Positions 49,790 through 60,053 of a DNA stretch of 64,000 nt are shown here, in pieces. The stretch is taken from positions 30,249 through 94,248 of IMG/VR virus record IMGVR_UViG_3300045918_000131, one strand, 5' to 3'. A program made the position numbers and the translations under genes. The notes under the pieces were generated by a model that had not been told where the DNA came from, searched no databases, and worked only from the letters and a program-made list of their open reading frames with translations. Numbering within the stretch: position 1 is the first letter of the stretch; every line of letters begins with the position of its first letter. Source of the DNA: a virus.

Positions 49790-50395
49790 TTACGTACTTT
49801 CCTGTTCTACAAGTAGATTCATATGGACAACTACTAAATGACTGTACGCTACACTGTGCGAACGTTTAAATGAAAACCCGTCGTCTGTCTTATCCCATAT
49901 TGTTTCTGACACTTCTTTCCATGGCTTACCCATTAGATGTTTTTTTCCGGGGCGTATTGCAGCAATAAACATTGCTAGACGAGGAATCGAATTTATAGGT
50001 TCAGGTAAAGTAATTATAGTTGTCCAGTAATCCGAGATATGTATAAGTTTCTCGCAAAACTCTTTTTTGAGCAACCTATCCCATGGTGGTTCTGTTGTCA
50101 TTAACTTAACTAAATGTTCCTCTGATTTAACATCTTTATATACAGATACATTAAGTAAATCTACTTTGAAATAATTTCTATCTTCTGCTATTTTATAATC
50201 TATAGAAGCATGTCCATTTTCGTCGTGCGGTATATCAGTAAAGTATACTCCCGAAGCATGAACATTAATCTTGTTGTCATTAGTAATTCGACTTGCTTTA
50301 ATATGCTTTAGATGAGCTAGTGCCTGCAGCCTATCTGCCATGTCAATATCAATATCTCCAGTTTTTAAGTTAGTTGTCATGTTCATCTTATACAT
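49790..50395 (-). CDS. Miniature DnaE (Pol III alpha)-like protein
   Basis: DIDID, HASGVY, FKVDLL, AAIRPG and FSFKRSHSVAY motifs within ~200 aa. Confidence 0.75.
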   Translation of the reverse strand: MYKMNMTTNLKTGDIDIDMADRLQALAHLKHIKASRITNDNKINVHASGVYFTDIPHDENGHASIDYKIAEDRNYFKVDLLNVSVYKDVKSEEHLVKLMTTEPPWDRLLKKEFCEKLIHISDYWTTIITLPEPINSIPRLAMFIAAIRPGKKHLMGKPWKEVSETIWDKTDDGFSFKRSHSVAYSHLVVVHMNLLVEQEST

Positions 50396-50589
50396 GTTAG
50401 TGAGAATATTATAGCATCTTCAGGAGAACTAAACCATATCCCTGTCATTCCTATACCATATTGATGTTTGCTATCATAAGAACGACACCAGTCTAATATA
50501 TTAAGATTTAGCGGACTACTTACATACGATATTTGTGTCCAAGAGGCTATATCGTCCATACTAAGTATATCTTTCTGAATCATATACAT
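50383..50589 (-). CDS. Small hypothetical protein
   Basis: 68-aa ORF coupled to its neighbours. Confidence 0.5.
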   Translation of the reverse strand: MYMIQKDILSMDDIASWTQISYVSSPLNLNILDWCRSYDSKHQYGIGMTGIWFSSPEDAIIFSLTCIR

Positions 50590-51302
50590 GCCTGTTCTAG
50601 AATATCTTTAATCCAAAGTGTATCTGACACGAAATCTTTAAATTTCTTATCCCAGAAAGCTGGATCTATCCATTTAAAAACTAACATAATTTGTTCTGAA
50701 TTTAACTCGGATAAAAATTGAACACCACTAGGACAGTTATATATAATCCACGGACTAATACGGCCATTAGTGATCATCTGACATATTTTATTAGGAGAAC
50801 CTTCTCGAAAAATGTCATTAAATCTTTTACCGGGATTATCATCTGCCCAACGTTGCATCTCAGCAAAAGATCGTTCTAATGCATCATTTGGATGTTCTTT
50901 ACGTAGATACTCATATAAATACTCGTCATAATAAACATCTTTTGTCCAAGCATCGAGTTTTCTATTATTGTCAAGTAACTGTTTTGTAAATAATGGAATA
51001 TTAATCGCACGAAGTTGAACTAAATATTGTCCGTACTTAACAAAGGCCGAGTAGAAATCAGAATTTGAAAAATCTTCATAGGTTTTATTCTTTGCACTAC
51101 CCTGTAACGCAGTATAAAATTGTAAATATGCTTGAAAACCAAGTCGTACTCCTGTATCGTTTTCTTGTTTTGCGCGGCGCATCTTTTCGCATAAATGTAC
51201 ACTTAAAGTTGTTAATTTGCGGAAAGATTTACCACAATACTTACATATAACCGGATCATATTTAGAAATTATAGGCCGTATGGTGTGTTCAATATTCTCC
51301 AT
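50580..51302 (-). CDS. Zn-finger (CxxC..HxC) conserved phage protein
   Basis: CKYCGKSF...VHLCE; GRISPW. Confidence 0.7.
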   Translation of the reverse strand: MENIEHTIRPIISKYDPVICKYCGKSFRKLTTLSVHLCEKMRRAKQENDTGVRLGFQAYLQFYTALQGSAKNKTYEDFSNSDFYSAFVKYGQYLVQLRAINIPLFTKQLLDNNRKLDAWTKDVYYDEYLYEYLRKEHPNDALERSFAEMQRWADDNPGKRFNDIFREGSPNKICQMITNGRISPWIIYNCPSGVQFLSELNSEQIMLVFKWIDPAFWDKKFKDFVSDTLWIKDILEQACI

Positions 51303-51511
51303 TTGCGTTGTTCTTCCGTTTCTGTTAGTCTTACTGTTGAAATATATGATATTTCTTCTACTGTCGATTTAAGTGCATGATACATAGTAGCTTGATCTAA
51401 TAAGTCCTTCATACCAGGATCAGTTTCTGCTAACTCGAACATTTTCTCAAACAACTAAAACTTATCATGTCGTGGGTTCGGTTCTGAGAAACCCTAATAA
51501 AATAACGCCAT
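51269..51511 (-). pseudogene. Small gene with two in-frame TAG codons
   Basis: MALFY*GFSEPNPRHDKF*LFEKMFELAETDPGMKDLLDQA; TAGs at 51494-51496 and 51455-51457. Confidence 0.45.
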
Positions 51512-51515
51512 TGTT

Positions 51516-51734
51516 TTACAATCCAAATGTTGAATCACATACTGCACAACCTGCAATATCGCAAGAATGTGTTCTTCCAGGATCTCGTTTAAATTCCATA
51601 TTTGGGGAAATATCGTTATCGAAAATTTGCGACATTGTGTTCCATAAAGATTTTTGTTTATCGTCGTCTAATAAACCATAATCATGCCTATAAGTATAGC
51701 ACATGGACGTAATTACTTCATTTCTTGTTTTCAT
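51516..51734 (-). CDS. Small hypothetical protein
   Basis: MCYTYRHDYGL...QIFDNDISP. Confidence 0.55.
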   Translation of the reverse strand: MKTRNEVITSMCYTYRHDYGLLDDDKQKSLWNTMSQIFDNDISPNMEFKRDPGRTHSCDIAGCAVCDSTFGL

Positions 51735-52210
51735 GCAATATCCTTTTTAATCTGCTCGGGTGTCATACCCATATCTTTCGCTAAAGCTTTAATATCAGCT
51801 GTTGAATTTAACTCTGCCAACAATTCTATATCTTCAGTTTTCATACTAGGATAAAGACTAGATAGGAATTTTGTTATCTTGTTATTAGCAGACTTTTTCT
51901 TTGGTGCCGCTAACCAAGTATGATTCATTTTGCCCATTCCCGGACTTATTGTAGTTACTGCTAGCCAGTTAAGTTTATCATGCTGTTTCTTTATATCAAA
52001 GTAATGTTTGTTTAACCGTTGATTAGTTGCCTGTAGATAATACGCTTGCAACATTGCATCGCCAGTTACTGTGGCACCGTATCGAATCATAAGAAACGTA
52101 CTAAATTTCTTTTTTTCATCATCAGATAACGAATCGTAAAACTCGCGATCTTTGTTATCTAGCGCCAACATTTCTGACGCTATGCTCAATTTTCCATTAT
52201 CAAATGCCAT
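51731..52210 (-). CDS. Probable clamp-loader small subunit (gp62-like)
   Basis: FYDSLSD.EKKKFS.F...N...NK.YF..L.WL...H.W; replication-gene context. Confidence 0.55.
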   Translation of the reverse strand: MAFDNGKLSIASEMLALDNKDREFYDSLSDDEKKKFSTFLMIRYGATVTGDAMLQAYYLQATNQRLNKHYFDIKKQHDKLNWLAVTTISPGMGKMNHTWLAAPKKKSANNKITKFLSSLYPSMKTEDIELLAELNSTADIKALAKDMGMTPEQIKKDIA

Positions 52211-52384
52211 TTACTTCACCTTTAATAGTTGATAATACATTATAGCTTTATCTAGTAGATCACGCAAGCCTTCATTTGTCTTTGCTGTTCTTCTAATATT
52301 ACCCCACAACTCTGCTTCTTTGATTTCTTCATGCATATTGCCGGTACGCTCTTTTGTCAATTTTGACTTATTTATCTCACCCAT
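52211..52384 (-). CDS. Small protein (57 aa), family with 52377 and 51269
   Basis: Manual translation ...TNEGLRDLLDKAIMYYQLLK. Confidence 0.55.
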   Translation of the reverse strand: MGEINKSKLTKERTGNMHEEIKEAELWGNIRRTAKTNEGLRDLLDKAIMYYQLLKVK

Positions 52385-52625
52385 GATCTTTGCGTAATAA
52401 GTTATACAGTAATACAGTATGATCTATTAGTTCTTGCATTCCGGGATGTTCTAGACCCAAAAGTTGCATATCTACCCACATTCCCTTTGGGTACATGACT
52501 GGTTGACCACGTTGCATATATAGCGTTTCTTCTCCGTTATCATCGATTCTCCAAATTTCTGTCTCGTCGGAACTATATGTAGAATTGTCTATTTTTATTT
52601 TAAATTCAGGTAACATGTTGATCAC
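52377..52625 (-). CDS. Small protein
   Basis: HPGMQELID..VLLYNLL C-terminus. Confidence 0.55.
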   Translation of the reverse strand: MINMLPEFKIKIDNSTYSSDETEIWRIDDNGEETLYMQRGQPVMYPKGMWVDMQLLGLEHPGMQELIDHTVLLYNLLRKDHG

Positions 52626-52932
52626 CTATTGCGACGTTGTATTTCCCAGTAGTAGTTGACAATGATGCATGGTAGCCAACAGCAACATTATAATTTGGCG
52701 TTTTAATTTCTTCTGTTTGATACTCTGTTTTTAATACATCAAATAGTGTGCCATATTCATATCGAAGACGCGGAGAACCTATCAATATACGTCTTCGATA
52801 TACCTTCGTCAACCAGTATGTTTGACTATTTATCTTCACAGGTCTCCAAGCAAACCATTCACACCATTGATTTCTTGGACTATCATCAAAAGCTGCTTCG
52901 TTAATTACCATTATTGTCTTTTCTAAAAACAT
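52606..52932 (-). CDS. Small protein (WFAWRPV type) with an adhesin-repeat-like tail
   Basis: WFAWRPV..WL..VYRR; NVAVGY....TTG.YNVAIG. Confidence 0.55.
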   Translation of the reverse strand: MFLEKTIMVINEAAFDDSPRNQWCEWFAWRPVKINSQTYWLTKVYRRRILIGSPRLRYEYGTLFDVLKTEYQTEEIKTPNYNVAVGYHASLSTTTGKYNVAIGDQHVT

Positions 52933-53426
52933 TTGCTGTAATCAACAAGCTCCGAAGCACGAGAAATATCTTTTACGAAGAATGCACACATAGGTTTATC
53001 TACATTTTCGGTTAAGGGAACAGCTAACATTTGTCCTGGCTTCATTTTAGGGAAATACCATTTAACATCTTGGTATATGTCCACAACCTCAACCGGTTCA
53101 AATTTAGGACTATAACTTGATATCGGATTAAAAGTAAATACATTAAATCCACGGTCATTTATACTAGTCAATGGTACTACTTCTAGATCACCGAGATCAG
53201 GTTCGCCAATTAATATCTGCCAATCTACTGGCATACGAATAACATTTTCGCCAATCTTTAATACTAACGCTGGACTATTAAAACTTTCTAAGAAAATCAA
53301 CGGAATAAAGAAATAATCTGGATCTTTAGGGTTACTATTATCAAACACGCAGAAGCGAAGATCTGCAACCTCATCTGGTATCTGACTCATATCATGTGCA
53401 ACGTTGTCTAATGTTAAAATTCTCAT
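52923..53426 (-). CDS. Conserved phage protein downstream of the UvsW-like gene
   Basis: MRILTLDN..DYFFIPLIFLESFNSPA..KWYFPKMK. Confidence 0.7.
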   Translation of the reverse strand: MRILTLDNVAHDMSQIPDEVADLRFCVFDNSNPKDPDYFFIPLIFLESFNSPALVLKIGENVIRMPVDWQILIGEPDLGDLEVVPLTSINDRGFNVFTFNPISSYSPKFEPVEVVDIYQDVKWYFPKMKPGQMLAVPLTENVDKPMCAFFVKDISRASELVDYSKCF

Positions 53427-53470
53427 GTAATTCCTTTTAATTTGTCTAGATTTAAATCTAGCCTTCTATC

Positions 53471-53674
53471 TTAAAAATCCTTAGTAAACCTAGGCATTTG
53501 ACCTTCATTCCCATCATAAACAAAACAAGATAAACAAGGAAGTAAATCTTCCATATGTATAGTTGGATGACGCTCTATTACTTTACAATTATTGTCAATA
53601 AGCATGAAGTATAATTTCTCCTCTCCTGCTTTAAATTGATCTTTAAAAATAAACTGTAGATCTTCTAGTAACAT
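53471..53674 (-). CDS. Small hypothetical protein
   Basis: 67 aa with AAGGA RBS. Confidence 0.5.
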   Translation of the reverse strand: MLLEDLQFIFKDQFKAGEEKLYFMLIDNNCKVIERHPTIHMEDLLPCLSCFVYDGNEGQMPRFTKDF

Positions 53675-53695
53675 CTGTATTTCCTTTAAGTGAAA

Positions 53696-55156
53696 TTATT
53701 TTTGCCAATCAACTTTTTCTATAGAAAAAGGATAATTAGCTTCCGTATAAAATTTCTTTCGTTCAGTTAAATGACGCTTACTAAATTTACAAGTAGAAGT
53801 AATATCATATATTTCAACAAAGTCTTTATCTTCTGTTTTACGTAACCCTCTACCAATAGACTGTATTACACGCACAAACGACTTGCCTGCTTCTATAAAC
53901 ACGAGATTAAAAATTCTAGGAATATTAATCCCAGTTGAAGCAATTCCATAAGTACACACAAGCGTTATGTTATTATTCGTAGCTATACTATCGTAGTTTT
54001 CTTTTCTTACGTCTGACTTAGTAGATCCACTAAGAAAAATGGCACCTGGAATAGCTGATGCTAACTCTTTACCTGGATCTACACGTCCAATTAACACTAA
54101 TGTATTTCCAGTTTTACTTATTTCGGTAATAACTGACGCAATATAAGCTAACCTATTTTTAGAGTCAAGTAAGTATTTTAGCTCATCTTGATATGCCTTA
54201 TAATCTCCATAATCAATAAGTTGTTTTACATGAACGTGACAGTTAGATAATACGCCAAGCTCTTGTAAATCACTTGCTTTTACTGTACTTACTACTTCTC
54301 CGAGAGATACTTTTAACGATAATCTATCTACCATTTCTTTTGGAATTGTCCCAGTGACACCCCACCTAATTGGTATTTTAGACATAACACCAGTTAACAT
54401 TTCTAACAAAATTGATGCCTTAGCGATATGACACTCGTCTGCTATTACACATATAACACCTTCTAAGAAGTCAGTTATAGATATTAGAGCTTCTCCTTCT
54501 TTAGATTTCTTAATTAATGAATTTAAACTTTGCCATGTACAAATTGTATGTGTTTTAGTGAAATCTTTTTTAGCACCATGGAATACGCCCACATCTAATC
54601 CCATGTTAATATAATCAGCCTCGGTTTGTTTAACTAAGTCAGTGCTAGGTACAATTATTATAGACCTACCATAAGTTTCAACTTTATGACTCAATACCCC
54701 AGTAATGATTGTTTTTCCGGAAGATGTACTTAGACACCCAAGAGATTGCACATTAAGTAAGAAATCATTTATTGCAGCAACTTGATAATCACGTAACATG
54801 ATAGGCTGTCCTTCTCTATCATGCCCCTTAGGCCATACCTTATGTGCATAACTAGATTCGGTTACTGCCTCAAACTCAAATGTAGTATTATAATCTCGCA
54901 GATCGTGTAGTTCGATATCGTATCCGTCATACTCAATAATAGGTAGAATCTCAGCTAATAGATTCACATACGTTTGCCCAGAAAGTGTGAAAAAATTCTT
55001 TTTTCCGTCCCATCTTCCTAAACGTACTGCTGGTATGAACCTAGCACCTGGAATATCATAAGAAAATTTTGTAACTAACTTTCTTCTGGTTGGTAAATCT
55101 AATCCGGTTATTTGACAAGTACACTCGTCCTTAATTACTATTTTACATGATGCCAT
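53696..55156 (-). CDS. uvsW: SF2 DNA helicase (UvsW-like)
   Basis: LRDYQ, TSSGKT, DECH, TGT, STGINIP, QSIGRGLR. Confidence 0.88.
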   Translation of the reverse strand: MASCKIVIKDECTCQITGLDLPTRRKLVTKFSYDIPGARFIPAVRLGRWDGKKNFFTLSGQTYVNLLAEILPIIEYDGYDIELHDLRDYNTTFEFEAVTESSYAHKVWPKGHDREGQPIMLRDYQVAAINDFLLNVQSLGCLSTSSGKTIITGVLSHKVETYGRSIIIVPSTDLVKQTEADYINMGLDVGVFHGAKKDFTKTHTICTWQSLNSLIKKSKEGEALISITDFLEGVICVIADECHIAKASILLEMLTGVMSKIPIRWGVTGTIPKEMVDRLSLKVSLGEVVSTVKASDLQELGVLSNCHVHVKQLIDYGDYKAYQDELKYLLDSKNRLAYIASVITEISKTGNTLVLIGRVDPGKELASAIPGAIFLSGSTKSDVRKENYDSIATNNNITLVCTYGIASTGINIPRIFNLVFIEAGKSFVRVIQSIGRGLRKTEDKDFVEIYDITSTCKFSKRHLTERKKFYTEANYPFSIEKVDWQK

Positions 55157-55399
55157 TTACTCTCCTGTGCCAGAATTTGTTACTTAATAACGGTATATAC
55201 GGGCAATATATTATTTGATTAACTTCTTCGTGTTCTTGTAGCTTCTTACTCTTTAGAATATCTCAAACCAGTTTTCGAGTGGAATTACAGGAGAATAACC
55301 TGTTAATGCCAATCTTACATTTCTTTCTATAGGTAGTATGCATGTAACTTATATTATAAGTTCAGTTTCACACATAAGTCAACTCATTAGGTTAAGATA

Positions 55400-56536
55400 C
55401 TATTTTCTAGGTAAGGGTGGACACCAAAAGATAATCTTTTCTGCTTGATTAAGCCATTGTTTTTTAGCTTTGCCGTGCATAAGATTAGCAAAAGACACAA
55501 GTAATGGTAATCTGACAGAGTAAGGAGAAATAACTCTATTAGTATATACTAATTTTATATTAGGATCTAAAGTAAAATCATCAATGGAATCTTTTAAAGA
55601 AACAACTCTAATTTCTTCGGGAGCAAAAAATGCGGAGAATTGATCTATTGGACCAGGCGTTGAGACAAAATTCGGGTTGTAAATAACCATAGGTAAACGG
55701 TTTACTTCCTTAGCCCATGCAATAACTTCTTTAAATGTAGTATCTCCTGGATTAAAGTCAATCGATTTATTTAAACACAGTTTAATAAACGTATCTCCAT
55801 GTTGTTCGGTGAGAATTTGAACTATTTCTTCATTTACCGTATAACTTAATACTCCAGAATTATCTACTAAAGAATACAAATCGTCAAATCCTAAATGTTC
55901 GGTGATATACTCAAACATTGAATCTGGTATATTCTCAATCTCGCATTTACCTTGTTCATTTATTTTCAATTCGATACTATAAGGTGTTTGTTCAACTTCA
56001 AGTAACTGTTTAAATAATTCAGTTACTTGACTAGATACTGTTATACTATTGGAAGTAGCATAAGTAACAACCCAATTTAGATTATACTCTGTTATAGCAA
56101 ATTCCCAAGCCTTTGACTCCTTATTCCAAAGTACCGAGCCTTGAGAAGATTTTGCAAATTCTTTTATGTCTAAAATTATCTTATCATTAAATGGAAACTT
56201 AAAATTTAATTTATTATTTTCTATACTTAATAACTTATCTCGATTTACTGTACGTAGACTGTGTCTATAGTTTTGATGGTTAGGTTGTTCTATACCATGT
56301 TTCGATAATTGACGCTCATATTTTGCTATTAGTCTCTCGGCTAATACAGCTTGTCTATCAGACATAGCAATACCGGTAATAGTCTGTTCTGATACGCTTG
56401 TAATAAAGTTAATATCATATGATGCTAATGATATCAATGATATCATAGGTTCTGGCCAATATCTAGTATTTTTACCAGTAGCGTCACGCATACCTGCCAT
56501 AAATTCTATATAAGTTTCAATTTCCTGGAATATCAT
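55400..56536 (-). CDS. Hypothetical protein upstream of the helicase
   Basis: 378 aa; SDRQ..L...IAKY.RQL; F.FPFN...W....KAW. Confidence 0.7.
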   Translation of the reverse strand: MIFQEIETYIEFMAGMRDATGKNTRYWPEPMISLISLASYDINFITSVSEQTITGIAMSDRQAVLAERLIAKYERQLSKHGIEQPNHQNYRHSLRTVNRDKLLSIENNKLNFKFPFNDKIILDIKEFAKSSQGSVLWNKESKAWEFAITEYNLNWVVTYATSNSITVSSQVTELFKQLLEVEQTPYSIELKINEQGKCEIENIPDSMFEYITEHLGFDDLYSLVDNSGVLSYTVNEEIVQILTEQHGDTFIKLCLNKSIDFNPGDTTFKEVIAWAKEVNRLPMVIYNPNFVSTPGPIDQFSAFFAPEEIRVVSLKDSIDDFTLDPNIKLVYTNRVISPYSVRLPLLVSFANLMHGKAKKQWLNQAEKIIFWCPPLPRK

Positions 56537-56552
56537 TATTATACCTTTTAAC

Positions 56553-56913
56553 TCACACTTTAAAAGATCGTTGACTCTTATTAAGAGTTTCTGTGCTCTT
56601 AATACTAGATTGCAATGTCAGTAATGCTTCTATTGCTATCTTATGGCAATCTAAAAATGCAGCTAACCCTTCTTGTTCGTTATGGATTTTCTCGTAACTT
56701 GCAATTTTCTTTATCGCTGTTAAAAGTATTTGCTGGTAATGTAAGTTTGCTTTCATTGGGATATGTATATTCTTCTATATGTGAGAGGTAATGTTGTTTC
56801 ATTTTTTCGTTTCTTACTTCTTGATTTAACTCTGCAACTCGTCGCCTATCAAGTTCAAGTTCAAGTTTTGGATTAAACTTACCATGTTGTGGATATTTCA
56901 TTCTGTCTTCCAA
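56553..56913 (-). CDS. Two small overlapping hypothetical ORFs (56553-56756, 56680-56913)
   Basis: Track ORFs only. Confidence 0.4.
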
Positions 56914-56959
56914 GTAAAATAATAGTTTAACGAATTATACTAACTTTGTCAACAGTTCA

Positions 56960-57418
56960 TTACCAATCTTTATACGGTGTTTTGGATAGACGCGAATTAA
57001 AATACTTCTTATCATCGGATACTTCTGTACCAACCCAATCTGGTTTGTTGATTACCTCACTTTCGCTCAATAATTCAACTTCTACAACCACGAGTCCTTT
57101 ATTATCTCCATCGAATATATCAAGTTCCCATGTTAAGTTTTCGTGTAGAATCTTATACCGTGTCTTTTCTATAATAGATCCTTGACATAGATTAAGCATT
57201 GCCTTTGCTTCGGAGATAGGAATTTCATACTCGTACTCTATACGAGAAATACCAGTTGATTCCCCTTTTATCGTTAAATACCCTTGATTTCCTACTACTC
57301 GTACTCGTACAGTGCAATTCTTATCAAGTGACAAATATCCTTGTATAATTGTTCTACCGAAACCCAAAAATTTAGGAAATCGTTTCACCAAAAACTTACG
57401 CTCTATTTCAATAGACAT
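56960..57418 (-). CDS. CYTH-domain triphosphatase/adenylate-cyclase-like protein
   Basis: EIERKFLV, QGYL, RVR, LTIKG, R.EYEY.I, KTRY, WELD.F, EVEL. Confidence 0.9.
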   Translation of the reverse strand: MSIEIERKFLVKRFPKFLGFGRTIIQGYLSLDKNCTVRVRVVGNQGYLTIKGESTGISRIEYEYEIPISEAKAMLNLCQGSIIEKTRYKILHENLTWELDIFDGDNKGLVVVEVELLSESEVINKPDWVGTEVSDDKKYFNSRLSKTPYKDW

Positions 57419-57434
57419 AGTGTTCCTTATGTAA

Positions 57435-57812
57435 TTACGGTATATAATTCATATATTTTGTGTCAAAAGCAACAACCCCGCATTCAGCAGCAAAAGCAAC
57501 TATTTCAGCTTCAGTTGGAGAATCTTTAAAATTAGCTTCTAGCACATAGATTAACTTGTTAGCAAAATCCTGATTATTACGCCAGAATGCCTTTGCTGAT
57601 GCCTTTGCTGTATCAACTTTCTGCTTCCCACCTTTGAACTTGTAAGACGCGGCTTTATGAGCAGATTGTGCTGTCTTATAACCATATCCTTGAGCATTGT
57701 CTATGACTTCTCCATTCACGTCGCAAATATCAAACCGTGTCTGCGTATCAAAAATCCCAAACTCTTCGTCAATTATAACACGTACTGTTCTTGCTTTGAC
57801 TTGATATTCCAT
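57435..57812 (-). CDS. Hypothetical protein
   Basis: VIDNAQGYGYKTAQSAHKA. Confidence 0.6.
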   Translation of the reverse strand: MEYQVKARTVRVIIDEEFGIFDTQTRFDICDVNGEVIDNAQGYGYKTAQSAHKAASYKFKGGKQKVDTAKASAKAFWRNNQDFANKLIYVLEANFKDSPTEAEIVAFAAECGVVAFDTKYMNYIP

Positions 57813-57814
57813 AA

Positions 57815-58099
57815 TTAATTGACATCCAAATTTAGTTTCATCAGGTAAATCAAAATATCCGGGCCGTCAAGTAATACTGATTCGCTAGGATAACGTAGCG
57901 AACCATTGGGTATCATTTTACCTTTCCAATTTTCCACTTTGGCAGGTTGTTTATATTCTGCAACTCGAATCTTCTTTTCTCCCATTGACGTAATACGTCC
58001 AATTAGAAGTTCTGTTTTCCTAATAGGTATGGCAATAGGGTCACCTATCTTTAATGGACGTCCGATTGCATCTACGTGATTATATTCTTTCGCCATCAA
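57815..58099 (-). CDS. Small SH3-like hypothetical protein
   Basis: DAIGRPLKIGD pattern. Confidence 0.55.
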   Translation of the reverse strand: MMAKEYNHVDAIGRPLKIGDPIAIPIRKTELLIGRITSMGEKKIRVAEYKQPAKVENWKGKMIPNGSLRYPSESVLLDGPDILIYLMKLNLDVN

Positions 58100-58386
58100 A
58101 ATTATCCTCCTGTAAATATTGTTGAAAAACTTTTAACAAACAGCGTTCCATTTTACGCTTTCGCTCCTCATTTAATGAGTACTCGTATGGCTTCATACCG
58201 TCTGGGTACTTTAATCTGGCATATTCGCTATTACGAATATCTGCCTAATGTTCAGAGGCTTTTGCGGCAGTTTTGCAAATTTTACTTCTCGATACGCCAA
58301 CACACTTTGGCATAATCTTTAATACTGGAACTACTTTAACAATACCAGAACGATTCTTAGACATAATCAGTTGACTTTCCTATTTG

Positions 58387-59436
58387 TTATACATTTCTCA
58401 TAACCAAAGCATCTGAATACTCTTTCCATTTGTGCGGAAAGCTCTTATACAAGTCTGCTACTTTAATTGCAGTTCTCAATGATGTTTCGCGAAGTTTAGG
58501 TTGATTGGCAAATAAGAAATCAATGATTTCATCTTGCTGACTTTGATCAAAGTTATAATCTGTAAATAACTCTCCGGAATTTGCAATTTGACGAATACGC
58601 AATAGTTTTTCACGTGTAGTGTCAAGTGTCAAATCTAAATAGTGGCAACGCGATTCAAGTGCAGTTAAATGATCTTTTAATGTTTTGGAACGAATATTCT
58701 CAAACTTGATGTTAGTAATAAAGATAATACTGCCTTTAAAATTAAAAGTTTCTGGAATACCGTCGCGCCGCAATGCGCTAGATTCACTGTTCCAACAAAT
58801 CTTTCGTGTCTTACTCGTATCCAATGCTGCCTTCAACAAGTTTAACGACAAGTCATCATAAAAAAGACCATCGGCGTCATCAAAAACCAGAACATTATCC
58901 TTATCACTGAATTGGTACAGTTTTTGATACAGGCCGATAGGTGTCATTGCACCTTTAATTACTTCAGAACGTATGCGGCGTCCGGCGATTTTATCAAATA
59001 ACGAAGCACGTTCTAACTCTTTCTCAACGCCGTATGATTTGCCTATTCCGGCCGCGCCCGTTACGATCATTGCACGTATTGACCCTTCACATGTTGCTCG
59101 TGTCATTTCATGTAATATGTCAAAACGATTTCCAATACGTTCCATAATTTGTTCATCGGTTTCTGTTGCAACTTTACTTGTCTCTGTTGTATCGTCGCTA
59201 GGAATAACACCTTGTGCTATAAAAGCCTCAACATCCGAAAATTCATAATCTGTGATATTATTTAACTTTACGCGGATGCTCGTCTTCTCGTCACCAAACA
59301 TATGAGCACCATTAACAGTAATGAACGCATCCTTGTCGCCATATTTAGAATACTGTTTTATTAAAGGGAATACTATATTTTTAATAGATTGCCCACGATA
59401 AACGCCGTTCTTAATATTAACATAAGTAGAACTCAT
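58387..59436 (-). CDS. P-loop AAA-like ATPase
   Basis: GAAGIGKS, VLVFDDAD, LLKAALD, IFITN, ALESRC. Confidence 0.85.
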   Translation of the reverse strand: MSSTYVNIKNGVYRGQSIKNIVFPLIKQYSKYGDKDAFITVNGAHMFGDEKTSIRVKLNNITDYEFSDVEAFIAQGVIPSDDTTETSKVATETDEQIMERIGNRFDILHEMTRATCEGSIRAMIVTGAAGIGKSYGVEKELERASLFDKIAGRRIRSEVIKGAMTPIGLYQKLYQFSDKDNVLVFDDADGLFYDDLSLNLLKAALDTSKTRKICWNSESSALRRDGIPETFNFKGSIIFITNIKFENIRSKTLKDHLTALESRCHYLDLTLDTTREKLLRIRQIANSGELFTDYNFDQSQQDEIIDFLFANQPKLRETSLRTAIKVADLYKSFPHKWKEYSDALVMRNV

Positions 59437-59460
59437 TTGTTACTCTCCCGTGTTATCTAA

Positions 59461-59502
59461 TTTAATAAAGCTATTATACACTATATAACCAAAAAGTCAA
59501 GA
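59461..59502 (-). promoter_or_regulatory. Early promoter cassette (copy 4)
   Basis: TTGACT-16 nt-TATAAT-AGCTTTATTAAA. Confidence 0.8.
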
Positions 59503-59532
59503 GCTATTTACCTAGATTTCAACCTCGTTTGC

Positions 59533-60039
59533 TCAAGATTGATCAAAACACTTATAGTGCGAATAATGTTTTACGGCAAATTCAATCCCTTGCGATTCTG
59601 CGTCTTTAAGAAAACACCGTTTAATATCTGCAATTTGGAACGCTTTAAATGCAGAAATAAAATCATCTACATTATCAAGGAACGTAATCTCATATTCCGA
59701 ACCGTAATTTCGTTCCATTTGTTGTTCTGTTTTTGACAATACATACTTCTTAATATTATCTTCATGTTTCCAAACAAAGCAAATACGTGGCTCGCCGTTT
59801 ACTACCGGAAAACAGATATCTCCATCATCTACAAGAGCATGATAAATTTGATGTAATAAGCTAGCAAAATTCTCTGCAGACCCCATGTATCCCCCATTGT
59901 CTGGAAAAATAGCATATGGGTTAGCATCAGTTTCGAGCAAAAAGTTTGTTATTGTTGTCATACTTTCGTCAGACCTGAAATGTTCAATTGAAGCTAACGA
60001 TTCGTTGAATATATTATGAAACTGCGTAATTCTTGTCAT
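59533..60039 (-). CDS. Hypothetical early protein
   Basis: GAGGTG RBS, directly under promoter copy 5. Confidence 0.65.
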   Translation of the reverse strand: MTRITQFHNIFNESLASIEHFRSDESMTTITNFLLETDANPYAIFPDNGGYMGSAENFASLLHQIYHALVDDGDICFPVVNGEPRICFVWKHEDNIKKYVLSKTEQQMERNYGSEYEITFLDNVDDFISAFKAFQIADIKRCFLKDAESQGIEFAVKHYSHYKCFDQS

Positions 60040-60053
60040 CTTCTACACCTCTC

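Noticed and set aside
21455-51511. Genome-wide stop-codon reassignment (e.g. TAG to Gln)
   Set aside because: The internal stops are of all three types, long genes are intact under the standard code, and TAG ends several genes (6639, 8043, 20484, 42990, 55400). Only the double TAG at 51455/51494 remains mildly suggestive.
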